Assembly (NCBI GenBank): GCA_040390065.1
Contig: JAZJZE010000005.1
Coordinates: 1 to 64,000 of the forward strand
Direction: 5' to 3'
DNA: 64,000 nt
Source of the DNA: a bacterium
GTDB taxonomy: Archaea > Thermoplasmatota > E2 > JACPAO01 > JAHFTW01
In this document: piece after piece, positions 8,907 through 21,927 of the stretch
Layout of the letters: every line of letters begins with the position of its first letter
Numbering within the stretch: the stretch's first letter is position 1
Program-made: the position numbers and the translations under genes
Notes under the pieces: model-generated
Databases searched by the model: none
What the model was told of the DNA's origin: nothing
What the model saw: only the letters and a program-made list of their open reading frames with translations

Positions 8907-10667
8907 TCAGGAGCGGCGCCGGAGGGCAATGACGAGTGCGGTCACCGCGGCCGCCAAACCGAGAGCGCCGAGGGCGATGATGCCGGCGAGGTTGCCGCTC
9001 GCGGGAACGGACATGGATCCGAGACCACCCGCGGGTCGCTCGAGGCTGCCCCCGACGGGGGCCGATGCTCCATCCAGCGCCGAACCGTTGAGGTCGCAAG
9101 CGTCGCCGAAGCGGTTCGTGTTCGTGTCCTTCTGGTCCGAGTTGGCGACCAAGGGGCAGTTGTCCAACGGCTGACCGTCGGCCGCGACGTTGTCGACGCC
9201 GTCGCCATCGATGTCCACGTCACAGGCGTCTCCGGTGACGTCACCGTCCAGGTTTGCCTGGCCCGGGTCCGCGTTCACTTCGCAATCATCGCTGGCATTC
9301 GGGATGCCGTCTGCGTCCATGTCGGGGTCGCACGCATCGCCTGAATGGTCGAGGTCGGTGTCCAGCTGCGTCGGGTTTGCAACGGTGGGACAGTTGTCGA
9401 CTGCGTTGAACACATCGTCGCCGTCGACGTCGCCGTCGGCCTCGTTGGGATCGCTGCCGTCATGCGGTGGCCGGGGCGAGGAAGGATTGCCTTCGGGCCG
9501 GGTGCTCGGCGGTGGACACGGGACGACCTTGATGACGACGGTCTTCGTCGCCGTGCTCGTCCGGTTGTCCTGGTCGGTGATGGTGAGGCTCACCTTGTAG
9601 GACCCTTCGTTGGCGTAGGTGTGCGTCGGATTGGGCGACCCGGAACCCGTGCCGTCGCCGAAGTCCCAGGTCCACTTCGTGATGGTGCCCAGGCCGCCGT
9701 AGATGGAGCCCGCCCGGCTCTTGTCGGTGAAGATGACCGGGTGGACGCCGCAGGCGCCGTTGACCTCGACCTTGAAGGCGGCCACGGTGGGTGTCGGCGG
9801 GTTCGGGTTGAAGCCCTTGGGGCAGTACGGCGGCCCGCTCGGGTTGCCCTTCGGGGGCGGCGCCTTCACCGTGCGCAAGTTGTCGACGAACGCGGTGGAG
9901 TCGTAGATGCCGTCGCCAGCGTCGAAGATGGAGATGTACAGCTTGTGGGGGCCGGGCGTCGTGACCGACTCGACGGTCAGGCGGTCGGTGGCGCCGTCGT
10001 AGATGGAGCCGGCCGCGTTGCTGGCCGACATGCTGATGCTGTTGATGGTGATGGCGTTGCCGGCGGCGTCGAAGGCGAAGTTGTCCGGCGCGGTCGTGCT
10101 ATCGGTCCACGTGCTCTGGTCGAGTTCCGCGATGAGCGCGTCGTTGTACGCGGTGCCCACGTACTCCGGGTACTCCTCGGAGAGGAACTGGACATCGACC
10201 ATGATGCAGTTGTCCTGGCCCGGCACGTCGACATCGAGGCGCAGGATGGTGACATCGTGCTGCCCGCGGAAGTTGTCGCCCCAGGAGGCGCTGGTGAACG
10301 AACCCTGGTTGTTGATGTCGGCCTTGCTCACATCACCGCTCGACAGGATGGCGTAATCGGGGCCGTACGGGTCCCCGTACGAGGTGGTGATGAGCACGTC
10401 CTCGGTGGCGGCCGGGTAGGGCGGGCCCGCGCCGCCGGCGCCCGTCGTGCACGAGTTCGCGCTTCCGATGGGGTAGTGCTCCCAGCAGGCGTTGACAAGC
10501 AGGCCGGGCTGGTCGGAGATGGCTGTTGCAACCGTCATCGCGTCCGCGCTGGTCCCCGAATAGGGCGTGATGGTCGCCTGGGCCGGCTGGGGCACCATGG
10601 TGAACCAGGACGCGACGAAAAGGAGGCTGACGCTCGCCTGCACGACAACCCGCAGACCTCGACCCAT
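8907..10667 (-). CDS. Secreted protein: choice-of-anchor L-like domain, PKD, TSP3 repeats, C-terminal TM
   Basis: FLSEEYPEYVGTAYND and DAGDGIYDSTAF motifs; WDFGDG PKD; several DNCP..AN..Q.D.D.D..GDAC; tail RRRS. Confidence 0.85.
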   Translation of the reverse strand: MGRGLRVVVQASVSLLFVASWFTMVPQPAQATITPYSGTSADAMTVATAISDQPGLLVNACWEHYPIGSANSCTTGAGGAGPPYPAATEDVLITTSYGDPYGPDYAILSSGDVSKADINNQGSFTSASWGDNFRGQHDVTILRLDVDVPGQDNCIMVDVQFLSEEYPEYVGTAYNDALIAELDQSTWTDSTTAPDNFAFDAAGNAITINSISMSASNAAGSIYDGATDRLTVESVTTPGPHKLYISIFDAGDGIYDSTAFVDNLRTVKAPPPKGNPSGPPYCPKGFNPNPPTPTVAAFKVEVNGACGVHPVIFTDKSRAGSIYGGLGTITKWTWDFGDGTGSGSPNPTHTYANEGSYKVSLTITDQDNRTSTATKTVVIKVVPCPPPSTRPEGNPSSPRPPHDGSDPNEADGDVDGDDVFNAVDNCPTVANPTQLDTDLDHSGDACDPDMDADGIPNASDDCEVNADPGQANLDGDVTGDACDVDIDGDGVDNVAADGQPLDNCPLVANSDQKDTNTNRFGDACDLNGSALDGASAPVGGSLERPAGGLGSMSVPASGNLAGIIALGALGLAAAVTALVIALRRRS

Positions 10668-10843
10668 CACGGGAGACGACCGCCCCGGGGGGCTATGAAG
10701 TCTCTCGTACGGACCGGACCTGCCGAATGGCCAAACCTGCGGATTTCGAAGGCTTGCGACCGGGTTCGCCGGTGCCCCTGCGGCCTCGGCCAGCCCACCA
10801 GTCGCTTTATCCCGCGGCGACCTTGCCCACCAGGTCTGACGAG

Positions 10844-12049
10844 ATGGGAACGCCCCCCCGCCCCAAGGATGCAACCGGACCCGCCTTCCTCGTGCTGGAG
10901 GACGGGACCGTGATGGAGGGCCAGGCGTTCGGTGCGCGCGCCACGGCGTACGGCGAACTCGTCTTCACGACGGGCATGACGGGCTACCAGGAATCCCTTA
11001 CGGACCCGAGTTTCCACGGCCAGGTCCTCATGTTCACCTACCCGATGATCGGCAACTACGGCGTCAACCCCGACGACTGGGAGTCCGACCGCGTCTGGCC
11101 GCGCGCCGTCGTGGTGCGCGAGTGGTGCCGTGAGCCCAGCCACCGCAAGTCGACGATGACGATCCACCAGTGGCTGGTCGAGCAGGGCGTTCCCGGCATC
11201 GCCGGCATCGACACGCGGGCGTTGACCTTGAAAGTGCGCGAGAAGGGATGCCTGCGCTGCTTCGTCACGCATGACCCCGCGCAAGTTCCGGCGCTCAAGG
11301 CCAAGGTCGCTTCGATGCCATCCGTCGAGGCCGAGAACCTCGCCGGCCAAGCGTCGGTGCACACCGTGCGCACGTACGGACGCAACACGGCGGGGGCGCT
11401 CACGGATGGGTCGGCGTTCGACGCACGCGCTCACACGGTCGCCGTCGTCGACACGGGGATCAAACGCAACATCCTGCGCAATCTTGCCCGCCGCTTCAAC
11501 GTCGTGCACTTTCCATGGGATGCATCCGCGAAGGACATCTTCGCCCGCAAGGTCGACTGCCTGTTCATCGCCAACGGCCCTGGCGACCCCGCTCATCCGG
11601 ACATCCAGGCGCACACGGTGCCGGCCATCCGCTCCGTCTCCGAGAAAGTGCCGACGTTCGGCATCTGCTACGGCAACCAACTCGTCAGCCTGGCGTGGGG
11701 CGCGCGCACGAAGAAGATGAAGTTCGGCCACCGCGGCGCCAACATCCCGACGCGCGACGAGTTCACCGGCATCGTGCGCATCACGAGCCAGAACCACGGT
11801 TTCCACGTCGACGCCGACTCCGTCGCCGGCACCGGCCTCGTCGTCTGGGAGAAATGCCCGAACGACGGCGTCGTGGAGGCCGTTCGGCACGAGCGCCTGC
11901 CCATCTTCACCATGCAGTACCATCCCGAGGCCTCGCCGGGACCGTGGGACTCTGGCCACTTCTTCGACCAGTTCCTTGCCATGGTCGAACAATGCAAGGC
12001 GGGGAAGTGGCAGCCCGGCGCCTTCCCGAAAGTGCCCGGTTCGCACTGA
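10844..12049 (+). CDS. carA: Carbamoyl-phosphate synthase small subunit
   Basis: GELVFTTGMTGYQESLTDPS, NGPGDP, FGICYGNQ, KFGHRG, SQNHGF, QYHPEASPGP. Confidence 0.96.
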   Translation: MGTPPRPKDATGPAFLVLEDGTVMEGQAFGARATAYGELVFTTGMTGYQESLTDPSFHGQVLMFTYPMIGNYGVNPDDWESDRVWPRAVVVREWCREPSHRKSTMTIHQWLVEQGVPGIAGIDTRALTLKVREKGCLRCFVTHDPAQVPALKAKVASMPSVEAENLAGQASVHTVRTYGRNTAGALTDGSAFDARAHTVAVVDTGIKRNILRNLARRFNVVHFPWDASAKDIFARKVDCLFIANGPGDPAHPDIQAHTVPAIRSVSEKVPTFGICYGNQLVSLAWGARTKKMKFGHRGANIPTRDEFTGIVRITSQNHGFHVDADSVAGTGLVVWEKCPNDGVVEAVRHERLPIFTMQYHPEASPGPWDSGHFFDQFLAMVEQCKAGKWQPGAFPKVPGSH

Positions 12050-12052
12050 GCC

Positions 12053-13813
12053 TTACTTGCGGTCGCCGTCGCGGGCGCGGCGGACAAGCATTGCAGCGAG
12101 CGGGCCAAGGATGGCGATTGCGGCGACGAACGCGAAGACGAGGACGCCCATGCGGGGCCCATCCTGAGGCGTCTGGCACGTCGAGCAGGTCGAGGGGCCT
12201 CCGGCACCGCCGGCGTTGACCAACGCGCCCTGCGGCGCCGCGCGCGCTTCGCAGGAGTCGCCAACACCGTTTGCGTCGCGGTCCGTCTGGTCCGCGTTTG
12301 GCTTCACGGGGCAGTTGTCCAGGAAGGTGGCCGACAGGTGGTCCGCCGAGACCGCGAACTGCGCGACACCGTCGCCGTCGAGGTCGGGATCGCAGGCATC
12401 GCCCGTGTAGTCGCGGTCCATGTCGGCCTGGTCACGGTTGGCGACTGCAGGGCAGTTGTCACTCGCGTCGACCACTCCGTCGAGGTCCGCGTCATGCACG
12501 GCCGGCTGGGATGCCGGATCCGTCGTGGTGGGATCGGCCGGGGCGTCGTCGACCTCGTCGCACGCGTCACCGCGACCGTCGCGGTCGGCATCGGCCTGGC
12601 CTAGGTTCGGGATGGCGGCGCAGTTGTCGGCGTAGTCCTCGACACCGTCCTGGTCGGAATCGGTGGCCGTGCCGCGGTCGACGTCAGGGCGCACGCTCAG
12701 GCGAGCCCAACCCGAATCCGTGCATTGGCCGTCCGAGACGGTGGCGTGTACGAGGTACACGCCTTGGTCGCCGACCGCCGTCTCCCAGTGGAAGGCGCCG
12801 GAACCGGAATCCGCCGTTGCGCCGTCTGGCACGTCGGTGAAGGCGAACGTGAGGGGTTCCTTCTCGAAGTCGGAGGCCTCGAACGACAAGTCGATCGTGT
12901 CGCCCTCCTTGACCGCGCGGAAGAGCTGGGTGTGCATGACGGGGCAGCAGTCGGGGTCGCCGACCGACACGACGGTGACGCTGTACCCGGCCGTCATGGC
13001 CGTGTTGTCCGTGACGGTGAGGACGAACTGGTACGACCCGGCCGGCAGGTCGACCTTGAGGTACGTGCCGTGGAAGTGAGTGCCGTCGGGAAGCAGCCAG
13101 TCGGAGTCCACGATCGTGCCGTCGGTGTCGTAGGAACTGCTCTGCAATTCGATGCTGGAGTCTTCGCACGTGCCGTGCACGATGGCCACGATGCCGGCCA
13201 CGGGCGGCTGCGGCACGGGGGGCGGTGGCGGCGGCGGTGGCGGCGGCGGCGGCGGTGGGGGCGGCGGAGGCGGGGGAGGAGTGACAGGGCAGCCATCGAG
13301 CGTCTCGTCGCCGCCGACGCCGCCGTAGGACGTGTCATGGGCGCATGAGTCGCAGTCCGCGTCCGGGTCGTCCGGCGATTGCGGGCAGGGCGAATCGAGG
13401 GTCATGCCTTCCGGGCCGAAATGCGCCTTGCAGGGGAAACGGTGGGTCTTGTCGGCTTCGACCTCGATGCACTGGTCGCAGGCGACCGGGCTGTTGGGGT
13501 CGGTCGGGCACTGCATGCAGTCGAAGATGACGGTCGGGTCGGAGGAGCTGGCGCATGCCACGTCGTGCATGACGCGGTGGTTGCCGAACTCATCGACGAC
13601 CAGAGGGATGCCCGTGACGTAGTCGCAGGGAACCATGTCCTCGGGGTCGCCCGGCTCGGGGCACAGCTCCTTTGCCGGGGTGTAGCGCCACGTGCCCGCG
13701 ATGCCGGTGGCTGCTCCAGCAAGGACGAGGACCGCAACGGCGGCCACGACCAGCTTGACGCGCGCACCCGACGGCGGCGACCGCCTCACCACGTCACTGG
13801 ACTCCATAGACAT
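12053..13813 (-). CDS. Secreted protein: Cys-rich N-terminus, polyproline linker, PKD/Ig-like domains, TSP3 repeats, C-terminal TM
   Basis: Hydrophobic leader, many Cys-Pro motifs, long Pro run, TSP3 DNC..GDACD repeats, TM plus RRARDGDRK. Confidence 0.82.
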   Translation of the reverse strand: MSMESSDVVRRSPPSGARVKLVVAAVAVLVLAGAATGIAGTWRYTPAKELCPEPGDPEDMVPCDYVTGIPLVVDEFGNHRVMHDVACASSSDPTVIFDCMQCPTDPNSPVACDQCIEVEADKTHRFPCKAHFGPEGMTLDSPCPQSPDDPDADCDSCAHDTSYGGVGGDETLDGCPVTPPPPPPPPPPPPPPPPPPPPPVPQPPVAGIVAIVHGTCEDSSIELQSSSYDTDGTIVDSDWLLPDGTHFHGTYLKVDLPAGSYQFVLTVTDNTAMTAGYSVTVVSVGDPDCCPVMHTQLFRAVKEGDTIDLSFEASDFEKEPLTFAFTDVPDGATADSGSGAFHWETAVGDQGVYLVHATVSDGQCTDSGWARLSVRPDVDRGTATDSDQDGVEDYADNCAAIPNLGQADADRDGRGDACDEVDDAPADPTTTDPASQPAVHDADLDGVVDASDNCPAVANRDQADMDRDYTGDACDPDLDGDGVAQFAVSADHLSATFLDNCPVKPNADQTDRDANGVGDSCEARAAPQGALVNAGGAGGPSTCSTCQTPQDGPRMGVLVFAFVAAIAILGPLAAMLVRRARDGDRK

Positions 13814-13975
13814 CCGTTCGAACCCAGTGGTCCTGCATAAGTTTGTTGGCCGCGTCCTGGAGGCCTCACCGGACCCTTTATGCATGGCCGGCCTTGCCCG
13901 CCAGGTCGCGCCCGATGGGACAACCCCTCGCTCCGAAACGCCGCCCGAGCGCCACGTTCGCCGGGGGCCCGTGAC

Positions 13976-17251
<3,276 letters not shown>

Positions 17252-17267
17252 GCCGGGCGCCCCAGCC

Positions 17268-18311
17268 CTACGCCACCGCCGTCCCGAAAAGCATACTTGG
17301 CTCAATCATGTCGGATGAGGCGGACGCCGAGGCGTCGTAGCCGAAAGTCCATGCTCCTGGAATTTCCGCAAACTCGAACCCAATTCCTCCAGATTCGAGA
17401 TTGACCGTTGTGCCATCTGGCCGCGTATACCACGCCTTTCCGTCTACCCCAACGTGGCCGTAGCCATTGACGGACGCTCCACCGATCTCGGCCTCGGGGT
17501 AGTAGACGAAGACGGCCGGGCCACGGAAATTGAGTTGCAGTCGGCAGTTCGCACTGGCAGACGGCGTGAATCCGGATGCCGATACTCCGACATAAGACCC
17601 GGTCTGGCATTGGGCTTTCGTGAACGCGAAATCGCCGGCCGGGCCGCTGTAGGAGATTAAGACCTGCGCGTTTTTCCAGTGCCCCTTGAGCCGAATTGGA
17701 TTGATCGGTCGCATGAATGGTTGGAGATCAAGGACATGGAGGCCCGCGTCGCGGCCGCAGGGGAAGTTAGCCGGATGGACATGCATCCAGTCGAGCGAAC
17801 TCTGGTTGGATGTCGTGACTCCCGTCATGGACGGAATCTCCTGTGACAGGCTGACATTGCGCCCGTCCTGCGCGAAGGCGGCGCCAACGTGGCGCGCTTG
17901 ACCGTGTGTAAAGTAGACAACCGTGGCCTTGCAGGCGGAATCCCAGAACGGCCCGTGGATGGTTTCGTTTCCCCACCACACCGCCCACACTTCATCGCGC
18001 GTGCTTGGCTCGCCCGGTTCGTGCGTCCAGTTAACCCAAAAATCGGCGTCCCCATCAACGAACCCTTGATCGGGCAGGATGTAGAAGTGAAACAAGCTGG
18101 CCTGGGGAATGGACAGGTCGACCGTGCCGTTGTGGGCTCCCGTCGAGCCGTCCCCCTCACTGGCCGGCGGCGAAGTCAGTGCCTGCGGGGGCGAAGCCGA
18201 GGAAACGGCGGTCGTCGTCGCCGTGGGCTCAAGCCCGGCGGGCGTTCCTTGGCAACCCGACAAGGCCAAGAAAAGGAGAATGGGGAGGAAAATGCGGGTC
18301 CCGGCTAGCAT
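17268..18311 (-). CDS. Hypothetical lipoprotein (AT-richer codon usage)
   Basis: Lipobox LSGC after hydrophobic leader; codon usage differs from flanks. Confidence 0.65.
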   Translation of the reverse strand: MLAGTRIFLPILLFLALSGCQGTPAGLEPTATTTAVSSASPPQALTSPPASEGDGSTGAHNGTVDLSIPQASLFHFYILPDQGFVDGDADFWVNWTHEPGEPSTRDEVWAVWWGNETIHGPFWDSACKATVVYFTHGQARHVGAAFAQDGRNVSLSQEIPSMTGVTTSNQSSLDWMHVHPANFPCGRDAGLHVLDLQPFMRPINPIRLKGHWKNAQVLISYSGPAGDFAFTKAQCQTGSYVGVSASGFTPSASANCRLQLNFRGPAVFVYYPEAEIGGASVNGYGHVGVDGKAWYTRPDGTTVNLESGGIGFEFAEIPGAWTFGYDASASASSDMIEPSMLFGTAVA

Positions 18312-18754
18312 GTCAGGGTTGCAGTCTGCTCAGCGTGGTCCAAGGACGGAGTCCCTGCAATCGTCGCGCGAACGACGAACGAATCGCCGAGTTCAACGCG
18401 GACTCCGGCGGAGCTCGTCAGGTCTTCGTTCACCGGCACGTTCAGGTCATTGATGGCACCGCGCGAATTGGCGTCATCGGTTGCGAAAACCTCCCACGTA
18501 TACGAGTTGGTCACGGTCTCAGGATTGATTCCCGTGACATGCGCGTCGTAGTCGTCGACGACGCAGTGTTCGGGGTCGATTGGCGTCGTGGTCGTCGCGG
18601 GAACGCGGTGGTAGCTCAGGTTGGCGGTCGCCATCGTGGTGATGCCGAGGGCTGAGCCGCCAAGACATGTACCACTGGAAGTTGGTAGGCACGGGCCTGC
18701 CTGGGCAACGGGGATCAAGGGCAGGAGCAGGGCAGCCATTGCCAAGACAGCCAA
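18305..18754 (-). CDS. Hypothetical secreted protein
   Basis: Signal peptide ending AQA; stop overlaps start of the downstream lipoprotein. Confidence 0.55.
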   Translation of the reverse strand: MAVLAMAALLLPLIPVAQAGPCLPTSSGTCLGGSALGITTMATANLSYHRVPATTTTPIDPEHCVVDDYDAHVTGINPETVTNSYTWEVFATDDANSRGAINDLNVPVNEDLTSSAGVRVELGDSFVVRATIAGTPSLDHAEQTATLTC

Positions 18755-18875
18755 AATCAGGGGGCGGGCCGCGGCGTTCCGGTTTTCGCGAAGGGGGGGT
18801 CGTCATGCGGTTCAACTGGCCAATCAGGCCGCGCCACGAGCCGCCGGTGTCTACAAAGCCTTTCTCCGGAAACGC

Positions 18876-18980
18876 AGGCCCGCTGCGCCCCGAGGGCTTC
18901 CAGATGCGCCGTGTTGCCGCCGAGTGCCAAGCGCCGTTCCTGACGACCGCGGAGGCAGCCCAGGCGGGCGTCGGCGCCAT
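18876..18980 (+). repeat. Degenerate direct repeat of carB 3' region (17056-17160)
   Basis: Ungapped manual alignment 85/105 nt identical; GFQMRRVAAECQAPFL vs carB GFQMRRVAVECQVPFL. Confidence 0.9.
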
Positions 18981-19006
18981 GGCGCCAGCCCGAACATCGC
19001 CGAAAT

Positions 19007-19562
19007 GGCGGCCTGGAAAAACAGTGAACCGCCGAAAAATCGGGGAAAGGCCTGCATTGGTCGTTATCGAGCGACGCGTTCGATGCGCAAGACGTGTTCG
19101 CCGAAATTGAGGATGAGGCCCACCGGTAGTCCGGTTGCTTTGAGATAGTGAAGGGTCTGGCGACGTTCGCGGGCACCGACGGCCGGGAGCGCCTTCAACT
19201 CAAGCAACAGCCGGCCGCCGCACACGACATCGGCCCGAAACGGTACGCCGAGCAGGTGCCCCCGGTACGACAACGGGAGCGGCACCTCGGCCTCGTGGGG
19301 GGAGGGCGCGGTCGGCGAGCTCGAACTCCAGCGCCCGCTGGTAGGCCGCCTCGACGAAGCCGGGGCCGAGTTCCTTGTGGACCGCGATGGCCGCGCCAAT
19401 CACCGAGTAAGTGAACCGGTCATATTCCACGGCGACGACGGCGTCCGCGCGCCCTTGGACCTTCGGACGAGCCGGGCGAATTCGAACAGGACCTGGCCTC
19501 GGAGGCGGCGGCCGACCGCACTTCGCCGATTTTTCGCGCGTTCACTGTTTTTCCAGGCCGCC
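19007..19562. mobile_element. 556-bp cassette bounded by 37-bp inverted repeats, carrying a GxxExxY gene
   Basis: 19007-19043 GGCGGCCTGGAAAAACAGTGAACCGCCGAAAAATCGG vs reverse complement of 19526-19562: 34/37 identical, outer 23 perfect; mobility is inferred only. Confidence 0.6.
19064..19430 (-). pseudogene. GxxExxY (PD-(D/E)XK-like) protein with a 1-nt frameshift
   Basis: IGAAIAVHKELGPGFVEAAY in one frame, RADVVC..LLELKA..YLKATG..GLILNFG in another; switch at the G6 run 19297-19302. Confidence 0.85.
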
Positions 19563-19618
19563 CTCAGATGCTCCCCGCCGTCGTTTCCTTGAAGTACGAC
19601 CATCAACTCGCCGCCCCC

Positions 19619-19852
19619 ATGCGCAAGGACCTGGTCACCATCGTCTGCTGCCCCGTCCACAAGTCGCCGCTCGAACTGACGGTGAAGAAGTCGGACGACC
19701 ACGGCGACGTCCAAGAGGGCACGCTACGCTGCAAGCGCTGCAACTTCGACTACCCCATCGAGGACGGCATCCCCAACCTCCTGCCGCCCGAGTACCACCT
19801 CGACGAGGTCAAGGAAAAGGCGCCCAAGGCCCCGGCCCGGGGACGCAAGTGA
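19619..19852 (+). CDS. Trm112-like methyltransferase activator
   Basis: CCPVHK..L.L..EGTLRCKRC..YPIEDGIPNLLP. Confidence 0.85.
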   Translation: MRKDLVTIVCCPVHKSPLELTVKKSDDHGDVQEGTLRCKRCNFDYPIEDGIPNLLPPEYHLDEVKEKAPKAPARGRK

Positions 19853-20199
19853 AGCCTGTCCTGCTGGCCATCACGAACGACCTGCTGTGGCGCTCCAAGA
19901 TCCAGGCCGTCGCCGACCACGCCGGCTGGCACGTGGTGGTCCCGTCGCGCAACCTCGACGTGACGCAACTCCTTCTCGACGTGGACACAAGACTCGTCGT
20001 TCTCGACCTGCACCACCCCACGATCGACGCGGTCGAGACGATCCGCCTGGTGCGCGGCACGCGCTGGGATGCCGGACTCCTGTGTTTCGGCCACCACACG
20101 GATGCCGCCACCTTGCACCGCGCCCGCGACGCCGGCGCCAAGGATGTCGTGCCCAATTCCGAGATGGAAACCCGGCTTGCCTCCATGCTTGCCGCGTGA
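19849..20199 (+). CDS. Stand-alone receiver-domain-like protein
   Basis: GTGA overlap with the Trm112-like stop; LVVLDL and ARDAGAKDVV CheY-like pattern. Confidence 0.65.
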   Translation: MKPVLLAITNDLLWRSKIQAVADHAGWHVVVPSRNLDVTQLLLDVDTRLVVLDLHHPTIDAVETIRLVRGTRWDAGLLCFGHHTDAATLHRARDAGAKDVVPNSEMETRLASMLAA

Positions 20200-20256
20200 T
20201 GTCGGTTCAGTCCATACGCCAAAGGCTTCAAGTCCCGGCACCCCACTCGATTGCCC

Positions 20257-21927
20257 ATGAAGAGCTGGGCCGTGCTGCTGGTTGCCCTGGTGGCCGCCGG
20301 ATGCATGCAGAGCGCAACACCCGCCCATGACGCCTCGGCCCCGACGCGCGTCGACCGCACGGACCTCGTCACGGTCTTCCCGCAAGGCCGCACCGACGTC
20401 GCCGCCGTATCGTTCCATTCCTACTTCGGCTGGAACCCAAGCGGCTCGCCGTTCAACCACCCGCGGCCCCCGCCCTTGGACTTCAACCTGACCTACAACG
20501 GCATCCAGCTCGTCTACGACGAATACGGCCGCTCCCTCCCAGCCTACGTGTACAACACAGTGGACTGGATCTGGGTGTCCGACGGCAACGGCGACCCGCT
20601 GCACGACACGGGCAAGTACGAACTCCAGCACTACGAATACCACTTCGACATCGCCGACGGACACCTCATCGGCGTCGTCGACCCCGACGTCGCATTCCAC
20701 GTCCTCCTACCACCCTTCGTCCATCTGCCGATTGCCGACCCCAGCACCATCTTCATGGCCATCCACGCCGTCCACGGCGACCTCACGAAGGAGATCGCCA
20801 TCATCAGCATCGACGGCATCACGGAATACCTCGGCTTCCAACCCGCCAAGACCACGTTCCGCCCATTGACCGGCGACTGCGCGCTGTGGGAATTCCGCTT
20901 GCGCATCGACCCCGAACCCCAATCGACGCCCGTCAAGATCCCACCGACGGAAGGCAAAGTCAAGCACTACCACACGCTCTTCTGCCTGGAATCCGGCAGC
21001 CTGTTCCCACTATGGTTCTGGTCCGGCAGCGAAGAGGACGGCGGCGACGCCGTCGTGCGCACCAGCCAAGCCGTCCTGCCCCCACCCCTCGAAGGCACCG
21101 TCCTGCCCCCACTGCGCTACGAGAACGCGACCTGGACCGAGGTCAGCGCCCCAGCGCCGCTGGACGCCCTCGTCGGCCCCACACTCGTACCGCCCTCCGG
21201 CGCACCGGACGACTGGCCGGGCATGATGGCCGACCGCGTCAAGGCGCTCTACCTCAGCCCCGACTACCTGACGTTCCGCAAGGACAGCGCCGAACCCTGG
21301 ACACGCTTCGTCCTCATGGACCTCCCGTTCCAAGACACCGGCATCACCGTGCTCGGCATCCCCATCCCGCCGCGCAACACCCCGCTCAGCTACGACAACA
21401 TGACGCTGTTTCTCAGCATGGACACCGGCACGCAGAGCCACTACCACGAAGTCTACACGCACCACGGCCCGCCCGAACAAGGCGACACCCACCGCGCCGC
21501 ATTGGAAGGCGGAACAAGCCTGTCCGACACGGACGTGACCGCCAAGGACGTCCCCAAGATGCCCACCGGCAAGGACCTCATGGACCACCTCGGCGTCTTC
21601 GTCGCCCCCGGACCGACCGGCAGCATCTACTTCTTCATGTCCCCCTACGACGGACCCAAAGGCCGCGAATGGTTCGCCGAATGGCTGACCACCCGACCCT
21701 GCTGGGGCAACCTGCCCGGCACGCTCCTGTTCCTCGACGCCCTGGACGGCTACGTCTACAGCGTCGAACGCTTCGCACCTGGATCCGAGACGTGCCAAGA
21801 CATGGCGAACAACGGTGCGCGCCCAGCGGCACCCGACCTGCTGCGCGGCGTCCTGCAGCGCATGCCCTTCGGGCCCGACGTCGACCTGGCCGGACTCATG
21901 CCGCCTACACCCGCCATAGCTGCTTGA
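20257..21927 (+). CDS. Hypothetical lipoprotein
   Basis: MKSWAVLLVALVAAGC lipobox; long open frame. Confidence 0.75.
   Translation: MKSWAVLLVALVAAGCMQSATPAHDASAPTRVDRTDLVTVFPQGRTDVAAVSFHSYFGWNPSGSPFNHPRPPPLDFNLTYNGIQLVYDEYGRSLPAYVYNTVDWIWVSDGNGDPLHDTGKYELQHYEYHFDIADGHLIGVVDPDVAFHVLLPPFVHLPIADPSTIFMAIHAVHGDLTKEIAIISIDGITEYLGFQPAKTTFRPLTGDCALWEFRLRIDPEPQSTPVKIPPTEGKVKHYHTLFCLESGSLFPLWFWSGSEEDGGDAVVRTSQAVLPPPLEGTVLPPLRYENATWTEVSAPAPLDALVGPTLVPPSGAPDDWPGMMADRVKALYLSPDYLTFRKDSAEPWTRFVLMDLPFQDTGITVLGIPIPPRNTPLSYDNMTLFLSMDTGTQSHYHEVYTHHGPPEQGDTHRAALEGGTSLSDTDVTAKDVPKMPTGKDLMDHLGVFVAPGPTGSIYFFMSPYDGPKGREWFAEWLTTRPCWGNLPGTLLFLDALDGYVYSVERFAPGSETCQDMANNGARPAAPDLLRGVLQRMPFGPDVDLAGLMPPTPAIAA

Noticed and set aside
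17252-19562. Provirus or intact IS
   Set aside because: No integrase, transposase, capsid or terminase motifs; no target-site duplication found
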